The position numbers were made by a program, and so were the translations under genes. DNA of 64,000 bases from positions 14,996,699 through 15,060,698 of the forward strand of contig OZ316894.1 in assembly GCA_973895155.1 (NCBI GenBank), given 5' to 3'. This document shows positions 43,514 through 56,708 of the stretch, piece after piece (positions within the stretch are counted from its first letter, which is position 1; each line of letters starts with the position of its first letter). Origin of the DNA: Marsupella aquatica. Taxonomy: Eukaryota > Plantae > Marchantiophyta. A model generated the notes under the pieces. It was given only the letters and a program-made list of their open reading frames with translations. It was not told where the DNA came from and did not search any database.

Positions 43514-45645
43514 TGAGCTTGCAGCAAGAAGTGAAGGAGCATGGCCAAAAGCAGAAAAGACAGACAGGTTTTACAAGAAGAAACTAACAACCGCCAATCT
43601 GCTCAAATCCGTTGCATAGATCAAACCCTCCAAACTACACAGCCCTCCTTTGAAAACAATCCAATGTGCTTTGGCTGGTGGATGACAAGGACTGGGAGAA
43701 GAGGAAACGTCTACACAATCAATCCCAATGACGGGACACAGAGACCAGGCACAGAGAGGATTTGTGCTTAGACAAAAACCACAAATTGTAGCATGGGCGC
43801 CATAGCATTGGGCGGCAATGGGAAGAATTATATCAAATGAGTGGACAGAGAATGAACAGTCCGGTTATAGGCAAACAGCGACTGATGCCCTGATGCAATG
43901 AAACACGCATTGACATAGCGGAGGGACATAAAAACTACATAAGCCAACTTACTGACCTTTTAAGGCCCACAATTTCAAGGGGAGGGACAAAGACAGCAAT
44001 AACAGATGCAGAGACAAAGCTGTACTCTGTCAATTGAGTAGGCAAGTGGGTGGGTGAAGATCAACAACCAATGTAGCAGCGCAACCAGAGTAGCAACAAA
44101 GAAGCAGGTTGCCCTCAGTCTCCTATTTTTCAAGCAGCTCGTGCTCGCGGTCAATCTCCTATTCTGCAAGCAGCTCACGCTCGTCCCTCTTGTTCTGCAA
44201 GCAGGTCATTCTTGTCGGCGATGGTGCAAGCTGTCCTCCTAAACTCTGACACTCAAAATGAAAAGACCAAGCACCTCCAATCTGTTTGATCCCTTCCGCA
44301 AGCAGCCGAGCGGCAGATGATAATGTAGGGATCAAGAACCAAGTGCCAGGCGGACATTGCACAAAATGAGGACCGGGGGCAGAGACAAAATCTACCGAAA
44401 TCTACCGAAATCTACTTCTTGGGGTCCAGCCCACGGATGGACATCATGCAAGGTGGTCAAAAATGGTAAGTGCAATTGTTGGAGAGCTGTACTCGCGATT
44501 ACTAACGGTGCATCCACAAAACGCGTCATCAAGTTGTCAGTGCGGCCACAACAATTTTGACAGTCTCAGGATCACAGGTCCACAAACAAGTTGCAAATGA
44601 AGACACACAATGTCCAGGAGGGAAAGTCCGCAACACTAACCCTTTGTAAAGCCCCCGAGCTTACCTTCTAGCTGCCGACGCAAAGAGAAAACCTACTCGG
44701 ACACTGAAGCAACCCTAAACTCAAAGTCTCACCTTAGCGCAACAACTCCTGGATTGGATTCAGCTAGCTCAGGCTCAATGAAGCATGTCGCCTCGGGCTC
44801 TCCGGATCCTCCCAAGGCAGCAAACAAGTTAGGGTCCACGGTCCTTGTACCTTCACCGCACCGTTGTGTCCTTCCCAATGCCTCCTCTGTAGTTGCGTCT
44901 TGTCTGCAACTCTACAGCTCCCCGTGTTGCTCTGCCGCACTTAGTTATATTCCAACGCCCGATCGTGACCAAAAAGAGTTTTCTCCTGCTGGACAGCACT
45001 AGGCATTTGTTCAATCTCTTGATCACGCGTAAGCAGCTACAGGTATGAATCACTCAGTTGGCAGCTCAATACGCTTACAGCAAGAGGGCGCAATAGGTAG
45101 AAGCTCGCGCTACCTAGACCAGCACAAGGACAAAGCATTAACATTGAAACTGTACCATGGAGCTGGAGAAAACCACAGAGTAATTGAAGCCTAACAATAC
45201 CCTTCTTAGCTCCCGACTCCAAACTCTCGGCTCCCAGTTTGCAAGAACAAGCACTATGAAAATATGGATTCCCACATTGACTGTGTCCGCAGAACAGATG
45301 CAACCCGCATGCAACTTCACCAGCTCAACGGCAGCTTGACAACTGAAGGACCTCCCAATGAGCCTCACGGCCTCCCGATGCTCGTTATGGGTGCAGCAAA
45401 AGGGTCTATACCACAACTGTGACCGAGATTGTCACCCAAAACCTTGAAGAAACCCCAACCTCCGACTCCTCAAACTCCGACAAGCTCCTCACGAACGTTG
45501 CAGCAGCCACAACCTTCTTCGCCCTACCAGCCAAAAACTAAATGTCCCTAAAGGAGATCGAGCAGGAATGCAGGTCTATGAGTAGACTGCAAGCGCAAGG
45601 TTAGATCACTGCAACTGCCTGAACACTGCTCCTCGAGAGCATAAA

Positions 45646-48600
45646 TGTGGTGCGTCCCATGGCTCCCTAAACCCAAGAAACCCCCCAGCTCAAGCCGATT
45701 CCCGCAGGTTTCGTGCTTGGCGAGGCCGTTTCCGCGGCTTAGCGGCATGGGACGCTGCTAACCTTCTACTACTACTATTAACATTTTACACACATATACT
45801 GGACAGATCCTTCATCGGGTCATGAGATACGTAGCCGGCCTAATATAGGCCTTCCCCTGTCTTCCCCTGTCTTCCCCTCCGTCTTGTTAGGTATGTTTGG
45901 ATTCCGCCGCCGGAATGATCCCCAATAGGCTTGGTTAAGCCGCTAAGACCTCTCTTAGCTCGACACATCCAACTCTCACTCCCCTGCTTACTTTCCTTCC
46001 TTCTGTTGATGTGGGCACTCTTCACACAAGTTAATGCGACACACAAATAGCAAAATGACTCATTCTGACTGAGTCATACCATGCACTTGCCATACAAACA
46101 GTACATCTCATACACAAGTTCTGCGAACTAAGCCGTGAGGCCAACTCTATTCAGCTCTTAGGCATGAGGAAACATGAATATACACAAGGGTCACTGTATG
46201 ACTAACCGAGAGCTTCTCGTACTACTTGATCCCAGCCCGGCTGGTGCAAACTAAAAACTTGCTAAAGAAGAGGCCCTGAGCTCCCCGCTGCCCAGGTACT
46301 TATCCTGGTAGTGGATCCGCCATTCTTTGCATCGTAAGCCTAATCTACTTAACAGTAATCTACTTGCCCGAATCTACCTATGTACAGCAAGGCAGGAGCA
46401 CAAGTGTTGCTCCTACCAGTGGGACCGCAATCCCACTAAGCTAAGTGTCAGGGCCGCTCCTGGTTCTGATCCTAATCCTAAACGTGGAGATCCGCGCCCG
46501 CCCTGCCCACTCACGCCTCCTCCCTCCACGTCCGCCCTCCCTAAAAGGAACGGCGCCCTTGCACCGTCACGACACCGGTGGTGGATCCTTAATGGACGCC
46601 CCCAACGCTTCCTCCTCAGCCACTGCCGTAGGCTCATTCCCTGACAGATTACCTGCCCTTGACTGAGTCAACTCTCCATCGGCCTGACTGGGTCCACCAT
46701 CGGCGTCGGCATCGGCTCGAGAATCGGTTACAGCCTCAGCCTCGGCTACGGTCTCCCCGGCCTGCTCAAGAGGCGGATCTGGAATACTGGCCTCCTTACT
46801 GAGTAGTTCGGCTTGGGCCGCACCATCCCTACCTGTGATCATAGCGGGATCTATTGCCGTATTCATGTCGGAGGATGGTGCTGGTTCTACCTCTTTGGTC
46901 ACCACGGCTTGTGGAGTCGGATTACTCCTTGACCCTGAAGGTTTCCGCTTTTTCTTCTTTTCTGGTTCGGCAGCTGGTCCCTTCCCCTTCCCACTTACCT
47001 CCGGCACTGGTGCAGTTGGCGCGGCTTTTTCTTCGGCCAGTACCACTCCTGGTAACTTGGTTGCCCCAATTGGAGTTGGGCCTGATGAAGACAAGCACCT
47101 AAATACTGCGGCTTGTTTCTTCAGCCGCTCCGTTTGGTTGTCGGCCCGCCGCTGGAGGTTCTCCATCTTCCTCGTGATTTCCTCCAACTCCTCCTGGGTC
47201 TCATCCAGGTCCTTGCGTGCCTCCTCTAGTTCCTTCTGGGCTTCCTCCCGTTCTTGTTTCAAGGTAGTCCTCTCCTCCTGGGTTGCTTTTAGCTCCTTGT
47301 CGAGCTCTGCAATGATGACAGACTCCATCTGGTTCATCTTGGCGTAAGTCTGTTCGAGCATCTCGTCCTTCTCCCTTAGGTCGGCCTTGAAGCTGGCCGT
47401 CAGGGACGCAAGCTCCTGCTGCAGCGCCATAATCCCTTGATAGGATTTCCCTAACTCGGCCTCCTTCTGCTCAAGGGCTCCGCGGATTTTCTTGAGCTCC
47501 CCTTTCAACGCCCATTCCTTTCTTTGGGTCTCCGCCATGGCCCGGCTGTTGGCTGTTATGTGGGCCTCCTCTGTATTCTTCAGCTCTTGCTTCCACTTCT
47601 CCCTCTCTTTGATCGTGTCGGCCAACTCTTCCTGCGTCTGAGTCAGTTTATCCTTGATATTCTGATTATCAGCCTGCGCGGTGTCCAACTGCCCCTGCAT
47701 GATGTTCAGCTCATGTCGTTTAATCCGCAGTTCATCTTGGGCTTTCTTGGCCGTCCTTAGATCTTCAATCTCGGCTTCCATCCTCCTAAGCCGCCGAATG
47801 ACCTCGTCCGTCTTGCTTCTCTCTAAAGCCACCGCTTCTTCTAATTGGTGCTTCTCCAACTGCTCCCTATGGAAAAAGGGTCCTACCTCCAACTCCTCTC
47901 CAAAGATGCCGAGCGCAAGTTCCCCACACATCTCACCATACTCCATGGCTCTATTCTTAGCGTAGGTGGAGTAAGTAGAAGTGATCGGCATCGCCCATCG
48001 CGGCCTCTGCTCCCAAGCCGTCCTGCGGATCTCTTCAATCGTGGCTAGAGGTTTGCTTCCTTTTTTGGCTAGCCGCCTGATGTCCTCCGGCCAATCTCCT
48101 CCTGGTAAATCCTTTTCCTTAGCCAGGGCGGCCTCCTCCTCCTGCTTGATTCGCTCCTGAAATTCCTGCACCGTCTGTTTTATGCCGTCGAAGCTCGGGG
48201 GAGCAACATCTGGTGGGGGAGACTCAGGGCTACTCTGCTGGTTGGGGTCCCCTCGCACTACCCTTGGAAGTGTGGGGACAAACCGGCCACAGGTCCTTAC
48301 TCTTGGAACGTGATGGTCCGACCCATAGCCGGAATTATCATGGCTGCAGTCCTCCACTGCCTCCTCTACCTCTTGGACGTCCGGCTTCTCCCTCTCCTCT
48401 TCGTCGGTAGGAGCTTCAGGCAATTCTGCCTCAGATTCGGAGCTTGAGGTTCCCACGTACATTCGAACACCTGGCTTGGATTCCGGCCTGATTCTCTCCT
48501 TGTCTCCAGCAAAGGGGTTTTCTCTTGTGAGCCGGTGTAGGCCTACCTCTATAGTAGTGTCCTGCATTGTTGCCATTGTTGTTGTTGTTGCCGATGCCGA

Positions 48601-50314
48601 TTTCTTTTCTTTCTCCAGTAGTTTCAGCAGACTCTGCATGCCTGGTTGCTGTATCGGCAAGTCTTCCTTCCTGGGCCTAAACACCTGCTCGATCGTAGGA
48701 CTAACAGGTGGTTGAGGCTTCTCAGCCAACGGCCTCGGCGTTGGAGCTTCCTCGGGTGCCCTTACCTGCAGGGGAAGTACCGGGGCAAAAGTCTGACCTC
48801 TGGCATACCGGCACAACAGCGGCATGTGATAGCCCAGCCGCGACACGCTCCCCATGCCGATTACCTACTGCTCCTCCTTTAAGATCTTCTTCAATTGGTT
48901 GAGGAGGTACCCGTTGTAGTCCCGGCTTGGGTCTGGCCTTTCTGCCAGATAGACCTGTGCCTTGTCGATCTCTGCCCTCGGCAAGTTACAATGCATGGTC
49001 ACCCGCAAGAAGTCGATCATCTCTCCTATGTGCGGGTTGGTGCAGGTGTTCCGGAAGAAGCCATTCCTCGTTGATGGCCCGGGGAACGACCGGAACTCCT
49101 TGTCAGGCAAGGTCTTCCTGGTATCAACTTTGGTCTTATTGCCTATCGGCAGGCCAAACACTTCGGCAATTACCTTGGGAGTAAGATAGAAATCCTTCCC
49201 ATATATCCTCGTGCAATTGGTCTCGGGTTCCCATGACCCCACGAATTCTAATAGGTCTGACTCCGGTACCTCCGGCTTCAGCCATGGTAATCTTACAAAG
49301 GCCTCCAAGCCGGATCCGGCCATGAAGCCTTGGTATCTCTTGGTCTGCATGGCCGTAAAGCATGCATCCTCCTCCCGTGCAAAATGTAGTTGCACCTCCA
49401 CCGGTAGGGTTGCCGCCCAGCCTTTCCAGGTGTCATCCCTGGTTGGAATGGCCTTGATGGGATCGACCTCCTCCTCTTCGGCTTCTCCCTGCCTCCTGCT
49501 CTGCTGCTCGGCTGGCTTCTTTGGTGCCGCCGACCTCGTTCTTTTTGCCGGGGTGGCTTCATCGTTGACGGCTCCCTTCCTCTTCATCTCTGCTGCCGTG
49601 GAGGTTTCTCCTAGCACCGTTGCCTGGGTCCACCTTTCCGTGCTACCCTTTAATTCCCAGTGTATGTCGTTGCAGTTCTTGATGGCCTCTCGGATGCCGA
49701 CGACGCTGTCTTTGCAAAACAGAAGATCGTCGAGTTGATTGGAAGTAGGCGTCCACAGGAACTCGTCCTTGATGAGTTCGCCTCCTAAGAAAGCCGTCTT
49801 CTGCAGCTCCCACAATTGAGCGAGCTCCTGCCATTCTCGAGCTGCCCTTTCTGACTCCTCGTCCTCGTAAGTCTTGATGTACTCAGTTGCCTGTTCGAAC
49901 AGGCATCCCCAGAAATGTGCCGCTTGATTGACGTTGCTCATACCCTCCTTAGGTCGATCATCGGTATCTACTCTCTCCCCGAGTGCTTGCCTAAGCAGCT
50001 GACAGTAGTTGGCCTCCCGTAGTCGTCTGCCTAGTTCGTGCTCGCAAATGAGCCACCATCTCCTGCAAGCGCTCCTTACCCCTCTCCTCTGCCGGTCCTT
50101 CTTCCCGTTGATCCTTCCTAGCCGCCGACGCTTAACGCGCCCTAACCCTAATCGGGTTTTCACCCTCAGCCTTACCTCCGGCCTCGGCCCGGGTTCCATG
50201 GTTGCCCCTAATTGTTTATATTTTCCTTGTTTTGTCCCTATACTAAGGTGTTCCTAGGGTGCCTTCCTGCTTTACCCACTTAACCGGCCGAGTGATTCCT
50301 GTCTAGGCATCACA
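45646..50314 (-). mobile_element. 4669-bp TG...CA element (giant solo-LTR-like) containing a long ORF
   Basis: TGTGGTGC...GCATCACA (7/8 inverted match). TSD ATAAA at 45641-45645 and 50315-50319. No gag/pol. Confidence 0.88.
46567..50199 (-). CDS. Element-encoded ~1210-codon protein (track ORFs 444 aa + 762 aa in one frame): shared globular domain + long coiled coil
   Basis: A single TAG (48865-48867) separates the in-frame ORFs and falls inside the conserved domain. Homologous to 898-3534 (EF..TR..FGLP..NGF..TC..P.I.E..F..PR.EI..AQV). Confidence 0.8.
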
Positions 50315-51785
50315 ATAAACAAGCACATAACGTGCGGGAAGTTCACTCCGCAATGGTTGCAAAAAGTGGGCAACACTGAAAGGAAAACCCTACGTAAAAC
50401 CCCGAACACTCCACCCCTCACGTTCTAAGTTCAATGACAATGGCGAAAACTCCAAAGAGACTCCCAAAGTGAAGTTTAGTGCCTGAAACCGAATTAGGGG
50501 AAGCCACTCAGCCTTACCGTTTGAGTGAGCCGTTGAGTGTCACCCAAAGTGGGACAAAGCTACAAAGTGTTACTGCATGGCCAACTTAGGCAATGAATGG
50601 TCATATTTGCACATACATGGTCGGTAGTGACATTTTATTGCACGCCGTAATCAGGATTAAGGTTGCCCAACATTATATCCGGTCCTAAAATGCAATATTC
50701 CCGGTGCAAGAATGTGACCTAGCTCTAATGTATGAAAAAGGACCGGTACAAATCTACCTTTGTGCATCTTGACCTTTTATAGATGGATTTAGTAATGGCC
50801 AAGAATATCTTGACCATCCCTCCATGGTCCAACCTCCATGAACCCCACTTCATTAAACCCAAAACCTTTTTGGTCACAAATAAGGACATTTAATGAGTTA
50901 TGCCCCTTGCTATCACCCTCTTTATAGATTTATTTTTTTGTTTGAAATTTTACATTTATTCCGCGTGAACCCCACGGATGGGGGAACCAGTAGGCCAAAT
51001 GGCATCATAAAACCTCAACACCAAAGGAGGCAAATAACAAAGAGTTACTCAACCAGGGTCATCAGATCAGGCAAAGATTGCGAAGCCGTTCTTCTAGTGG
51101 TCCATGCAACAAGTAACAACTAGGGAATAAGCACTAGAAGGCGCAGTAGGTCAGCATAGTGTAAGTGTAAAGTGTCAAAGCATTGTCTAGTACTAAATTA
51201 ATCCACCTGATTAGTAAGAAGGGGGTGTATACTGTAATGGGAAAAAGAAAAAAAAACCAAGGCATGAGCAAGGGCCACCAAGAGTGGTGCAGCTATAAGC
51301 TATAGGGATTGAACACAATGCGGGGGGGCAGTGGCACTATGTATGAGGAAATCACGGGAGTATCGGTGTCAAATGAGTCGACAAAACTCCCAGATAGCCA
51401 CACAGTATAAATCAATCTCACAGAAGGCTGCCATCAATGGAGGAAACAATTTGACACGACCCACATCTGAGAGTGTGAATTCGCTCGATCTCCAGCAGTT
51501 CTTTGGCACTCGATAGACGTCGGTGCTTTCGGCTCAAAGATGAAGGAGAATTACCCCTCCTCAACATAGAGTGAACATTACCCATGATGTGCTAGACTAT
51601 TCACCCTTCACAAAGTAGCAAGGTTACTTCTCATAGTCTTTTAGTGAACCATAAAACTCTCATAGTCTTTTCTAGTCTTCAACAAAACCGGTGCAATGGG
51701 TGCGAGTCGTTTTAAGTATGGAAAAAGGACTTAGTGGGCATAGTCCTATAAGGTATGGTCTAAATTGCCCCGGTTTCTACTAGTG

Positions 51786-54337
51786 AATCAACTAGCCCCA
51801 ACTGTTTGGCAAATTAAATTCCAAGTATGACAGGCTGAGCTCCAGTATCTAGGTTACCTTAGGAATGTGACCCTCCACCTGTACCGCTGCAGTCCTATTA
51901 TCAACAATGGCAACACTAGTGGAGACTGAAGTCCTGTCACTGGGAACTGGGCACATTGTGAGACATCTTGTGCAGGACATTAGTATCCACAACCTTGTCA
52001 TTGATGAGCACGTCCAAGAGGGACTGAGAATTCCCTGAACACTTAGATGTAGACCTAGCCATGGAATCAATACTCATCGTAGCACTAGAACTAGAACTAG
52101 GAAGTGACAAATGCATACTATGTTCAGCATGTGACAAAGGTGACTGTCCAATCAAAACCTGATGTTGGACCTCCATAACAGGCATCACAGTAGTTGATGA
52201 GGGACCTGACATAGAGTTCAGTGTGCCCTCCAGCAAGGTAATCACATCTCTAGCATTCAACTCTAGGTCTTGGCAACTAAACAATGGAGTAGTGAGAAAT
52301 TGGTGTGCCATGCCTGAAATATGAAATGGAGATGGTACCATGTGATCAGCTTTTGGTGATGCATCTGGTTGCTGTACATGCCCCCGTACTAAATTCAGAT
52401 TTGAGGCACCGGTTGGCAAAGAAGCTATGTCATTCCTACCTCCCCTTGCCAACAAGGTAGCCTCTGAGGTTGGAGTAAGTGGTCGTAAAGATTGTGGTAT
52501 TGTAGATCTGGCACCCCTGGACTGTGTGATAGGACTAGATCCAAAGGCAAGGTCATCAGTTTGGACTACCCTCCGATTGGTAGCTACACGGGTGGCCACA
52601 CTAGCTTGCTGGTGTGCAAAGTATGAGGGGCAAAATGAATTGGAGAATTCACTAGTAAGACCAGATGTGGGAGTGGGACCAACAACATACTCTCCAGCCA
52701 TGGCATCATAAGGGAGGTTGTAGAAGGACCGTGGCAGCGGTGTAGTACTGCTACTTGCAGGAGCACCAGCCATAGGTTGAGCATGACCTGCTGGCTGTAC
52801 TGATTTGCCTTGGAGGGATGCCAATTGAGCACGAACTGCCTCCAACTCACTGGTCAATTCTTGCACCTGAGTAGCTTGAGCTTGAAGAACCTCCTTCTGA
52901 GCTGTCTGGTACTCCTTCTTCTTGGCATTCTTGTTGAAACCAGCAGGTTTGTTGGATGATGAAGGGGCAGCGACAACACTCCTCTTAGACTGGGCAACGG
53001 AAGAAGGGGCAACGGTGGGAGTTGGCTGGTGCCTCAAGTTCTTTCACTCTGCAAACTTGGAGAAACATACAGGTTCCAAATTTCCAGACTTCCCACAAAA
53101 GTTACAGTAGAGCTCACCCGGAGGGACATCACATTCATTAGCCTTATGATCTGGATTCCCACAGTAATTGCAAGAAGGGACAAGCATAGGTGCAGAATGG
53201 GCATGCTTAACTTGTTGGGGTTGCACTATTGACCTACCAGATGCCGGGGTAGGAACGAAAGGCCTGGTTCATGACTGGCCTAGTAATGAGCATGGGCAAG
53301 CTCAAGCTTCTCTGTAATGTTGTACACTTGAAGAAGATTGTAAGAATCCCCATGTTATGCAAAGATCTGATGTAGCACCTGCAAATGGAGTGAAGGGTAA
53401 TCTCAAGCGCATCAAGATAACGATTTGCAGCCTCTTGGTCTGTGATACTGTTGGTATCCTCCTTCAACTTGAGCAATCGTTGGTACATCATCTTCAACGT
53501 TTCATCCTTCTGCCGCATGAATGTAGCAAGCTCCATTATCTTCTCTGAGCTCTTCACTGGAAATTCCTGTTCAAGAATTTGAAAGAACTCATCCATTGGA
53601 TCAAGATACACTGGTGTATCAACAGTGGGAGAGATGCCTGTAGTAGCTAGAGCAAGCTCAGCTGGACTCAATACCACTGTAGTGGGTGCTGGCAAAGGTG
53701 CACTACTAGATGAAGAAGCGGCAGCAGCAGCATGCGCTGCAATGGCAGCTTGCAGTGCTGTCTGGTGGGCACCGGTTATGGCAGCAGCGTAAGCAGGATT
53801 TGGGGTTTGAGTGACACCCAATAACCGCTTCGAGTGTTGCTGGTACACGTCCAATGCCTCATGGTGCACATACCTTGCCAATTGTTTGAATGCAAAGGCA
53901 ACAGTGTAGTGGCTCAAGTACTTGAGCTCCAACTCATACACAACTGTGTAAAATGCTGCTTTGAATTCCCATAGAGAAATGGTGCCAGGCCGACCACTAA
54001 ACTTCCCGATTTTGCTGGATGAGCTGCTAGCCTCCATCCCGTACACTGGTGGAATTGTTGATGTCGACAGCGGAGCTGGGAATGTGCTGGTCGGAGCTAA
54101 AAGAGGCGTGTATAGGCCTGATTGTGGTTGAATAGACGATTGAGGAACCTGATATGATGTAGTTGTTGGAATCACCTGATGTGAGCTTCCTGCCCCGACA
54201 GATCCAGGAGAAGTATTCTGTGTGTGTCTCCTTCTAAATGATCTAGGTGATTTGAGAGGGATAGTCTCTAATGGGCGTGGGTCACTTCGGAGATGGTATG
54301 GCCGCCATGGATCCCTGTTAGAGTCACCTGAGATCAT
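51786..54337 (-). pseudogene. Ty3/gypsy gag-protease relic cut by the CACTA end
   Basis: KFSGRPGTISLWEFK gag start; CNYCGNPDHKANEC and CNFCGKSGNLEPVC knuckles; LDTGAQPVILG protease at ~51852-51820. Frameshifts and stops. Confidence 0.85.
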
Positions 54338-55029
54338 GCTGATGTGACATGCTCAAAGAGATCAATCAGTCTTCCTCTAAACCTCAAAATAGAGACCAAA
54401 TCCCTAAAATTTGCATGAAGGTGTTCCAACTCTTCAACACATATCTCTCTTAGTAATAGATAACGATATGTGAGATAATCATGAGGATATGAAGCACTCA
54501 CAGACGCTCCTAATGAGCCCTTACATGCCCCAAGTCGTTGACGCGAACAGTAGAGATCAAAGTCAGAAATTCGCGAAATTGTCCCGAAATTGCATTTCGG
54601 TGAAGTCAAAATGTCGGCGACTGTATCTCACTTGATAGAGCTTCGTTTTCGAAGTTCTTTATATTGATCTTGCACGCCTCGATGAGAGCTTTCCAGCCAT
54701 GCTAAAAGCTCATACTCTTGTCAAACGGTTGAAGAGTTACGACCAGAATAGATTACGGATGTGCTCAAAATGGCATTTTGAGAACTGACGATAACTTGAA
54801 AGTTTGTGTTCGACCTGTCCCTGTACAAGTCGACCTCCCTCTATTCATGAACGTCTTTCACCTTCAGTGAACTCTACAATTATCACTCAAAACCAAATCT
54901 GATTGATGAAGCAATCACCAGATTGCCACATCGGCGGATGTAATCCCATCAAGATAGTTCGTCTTGAGTAATACGTATGTAGCATGTAGAGTGAGTAGTA
55001 CATAAGAAAACCAGCAACATGCCATAATG

Positions 55030-55572
55030 TGTTGGGAGCATCTAAAGAGTCATAGCCAATCCTCAAATGTGTGGAGGTGCCATGGAGTGTGCTGCCATGT
55101 TGAGCGTAGACGACGATCGTAACGGCAAGCCCATGAACCATCCAACGCACAATAGTCGACACAAGAGATATGTGGTTCACCTCCTTGAGGCTACGTCCAC
55201 GGGAACATACAAGAGAGCTTTACTGAACTCTAAGCCCGTCGGCTATACCGAGTCTCCACAGTGTAAGCTCTCCCTATCTCTCAAGTGGCTCCATAACAAT
55301 GAGCCTTGGTTCTACCTCTCCAAGCACACATGCCTCTTATGATATAGTGTGCAACTTAGTTGTACCTAACCACATAGTTGTACCTAATCACGTAGTTATA
55401 CCTAACCACATAGTTGTACCTAATCACGTAGTTGTACTTAACCACATAGTTGTACCTAATCACGTAGTTGCACCTAACCATGTAGTTGTACCTAACCACG
55501 TAGTTGTACCAACCCACGTTGTTGTACCAACCACGTCATACCTAACCTAGATGTAAGAGTAAATACCCAACA
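55030..55572 (-). repeat. 3' LTR of the Ty1/copia element (543 bp)
   Basis: TGTTGGG...CCCAACA perfect 7-bp inverted ends. PPT AAGGGGAAGAT (minus strand, 55573-55583) is adjacent. Confidence 0.8.
55357..55536. repeat. 18-bp tandem repeat, about 10 copies, inside the copia LTR
   Basis: TAGTTGTACCTAA(C/T)CAC(A/G) units. Confidence 0.92.
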
Positions 55573-55930
55573 ATCTTCCCCTTGACTCTGGTCTAGGGGA
55601 GAGTAATACTGCCAATGTATATGATCCCTCAGCGGGAAGTTTTGGACAAAAACCAAACCGGTTTCCCTCTCTAACTAGAGCAAACCAGAACTAAGCCGTA
55701 GCCTAATACATAGGAATGAGGAAGAGCATATATCAGTAATTACAATGACTGTTAAGAAAACTCTACTTGTGATGCAATTGCAAAACCTGCAATACGTCAC
55801 GGTGTCTAGAGAAACTCTCCAAAGGAATCACTTTGGTAAATGCGTCAACCGGGTTGAGTTTACCATCAATCTTGACTAGCTCAAACAAATTATCAGACAC
55901 AGCCTGCCTGATAAAATGGTACTTGATGTC

Positions 55931-56696
55931 ATCTCAAGGCTTTGCCCATCTCAAGGCTTTGCTTGAGAAAATCTTAGTTGTGGCTAAAAACTCCGCAATT
56001 GAGATTACCACACTCAGCAAGGAGGTGACGGAGCTAAAGAATGAGAATGTCAAGCAAAAGAGGTTGATTAGTGATCTTCGATCTCAAACTCAGGAGAATG
56101 GTAAGCAACTCTCATTGCTTGCATCGTGTTTTGGAGACATGGAGAAGAGTATGTGCCCAGAGAAATCAGTGATACATGAGGCTGTAGGGGAGATTGAGGA
56201 GAAGCTCAAAACCTTTGCACAGGCTGCAAAACAATCACATATGGAATTTGTCCAAGCCAAGGAGGAGGAGAGGAGAGCACTAGAAGAAGAACACAAGAAC
56301 CAGCATGCAAGAGTCAGCAACTGCAAAATATCAGGCCTTGTTGAGGAGGAGAAGGAAGACACCAAGAAGGTAGCAATTTCATTCTTCCAATCTCAGATGA
56401 AAGTGCATGACCCTATCATTTTGCAAGCATATAGGATTGGGCAAAAGAAGGGGGACCTTCCACGTCCAATCTTGGTGAAGTTTGCAGCTGAATCCGAGAA
56501 AGCTAGAGTGATGGCTAACAGGAGCATGCTTAAAGGGCTAAGGATTTGGTTGGATGATGATCTGACTCCCACACAAGTCCAAGCAAGGAAAATTGAGCTT
56601 GAGAAGGTGAGGGTAGCCAAAGACCAAGGATTGGTAGCCTACTTGCGCAATGGACAAGCTATTGTTACCAATAAGAAGAGAGTTGTTTCTAAATGA
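55931..56696 (+). CDS. LINE ORF1 (partial): coiled coil + RRM-like domain
   Basis: NCKISGLVEE..AYRIGQK..PRPILVKF..IWLDDDLT. Confidence 0.85.
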
Positions 56697-56708
56697 TGGA
56701 TTGGGACC

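Larger units (their letters stand above)
17025..51785 (-). mobile_element. CACTA/En-Spm DNA transposon, 34.8 kb including nested inserts (~16.5 kb core)
   Basis: TIRs CACTAGTAGAAACCGGGG (17025) / CCCCGGTTTCTACTAGTG (51785), with a further TTTAGACC match. Subterminal ACGACT/AGTCGT repeats. Transposase and TnpA-like genes inside. The 3-bp flanks do not match (TAC vs AAT). Confidence 0.88.

Noticed and set aside
44645-44660. TGTAAAGCCCCC as the left end of the ORF-bearing element
   Set aside because: No convincing matching end; 45646-50314 gives a perfect TSD and inverted termini.
10675-51785. Pairing the 10675 TIR with the 51785 TIR
   Set aside because: The flanks TAG vs AAT do not match, and the 17025 TIR is the closer sequence match.
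55299-55550. (VVPNH)n repeat protein
   Set aside because: Translation of an 18-bp tandem repeat inside a copia LTR.
55833-55930. N-terminus of the 287-aa LINE ORF1
   Set aside because: These codons are the antisense strand of copia RNase H; ORF1 is 5'-truncated at 55931.
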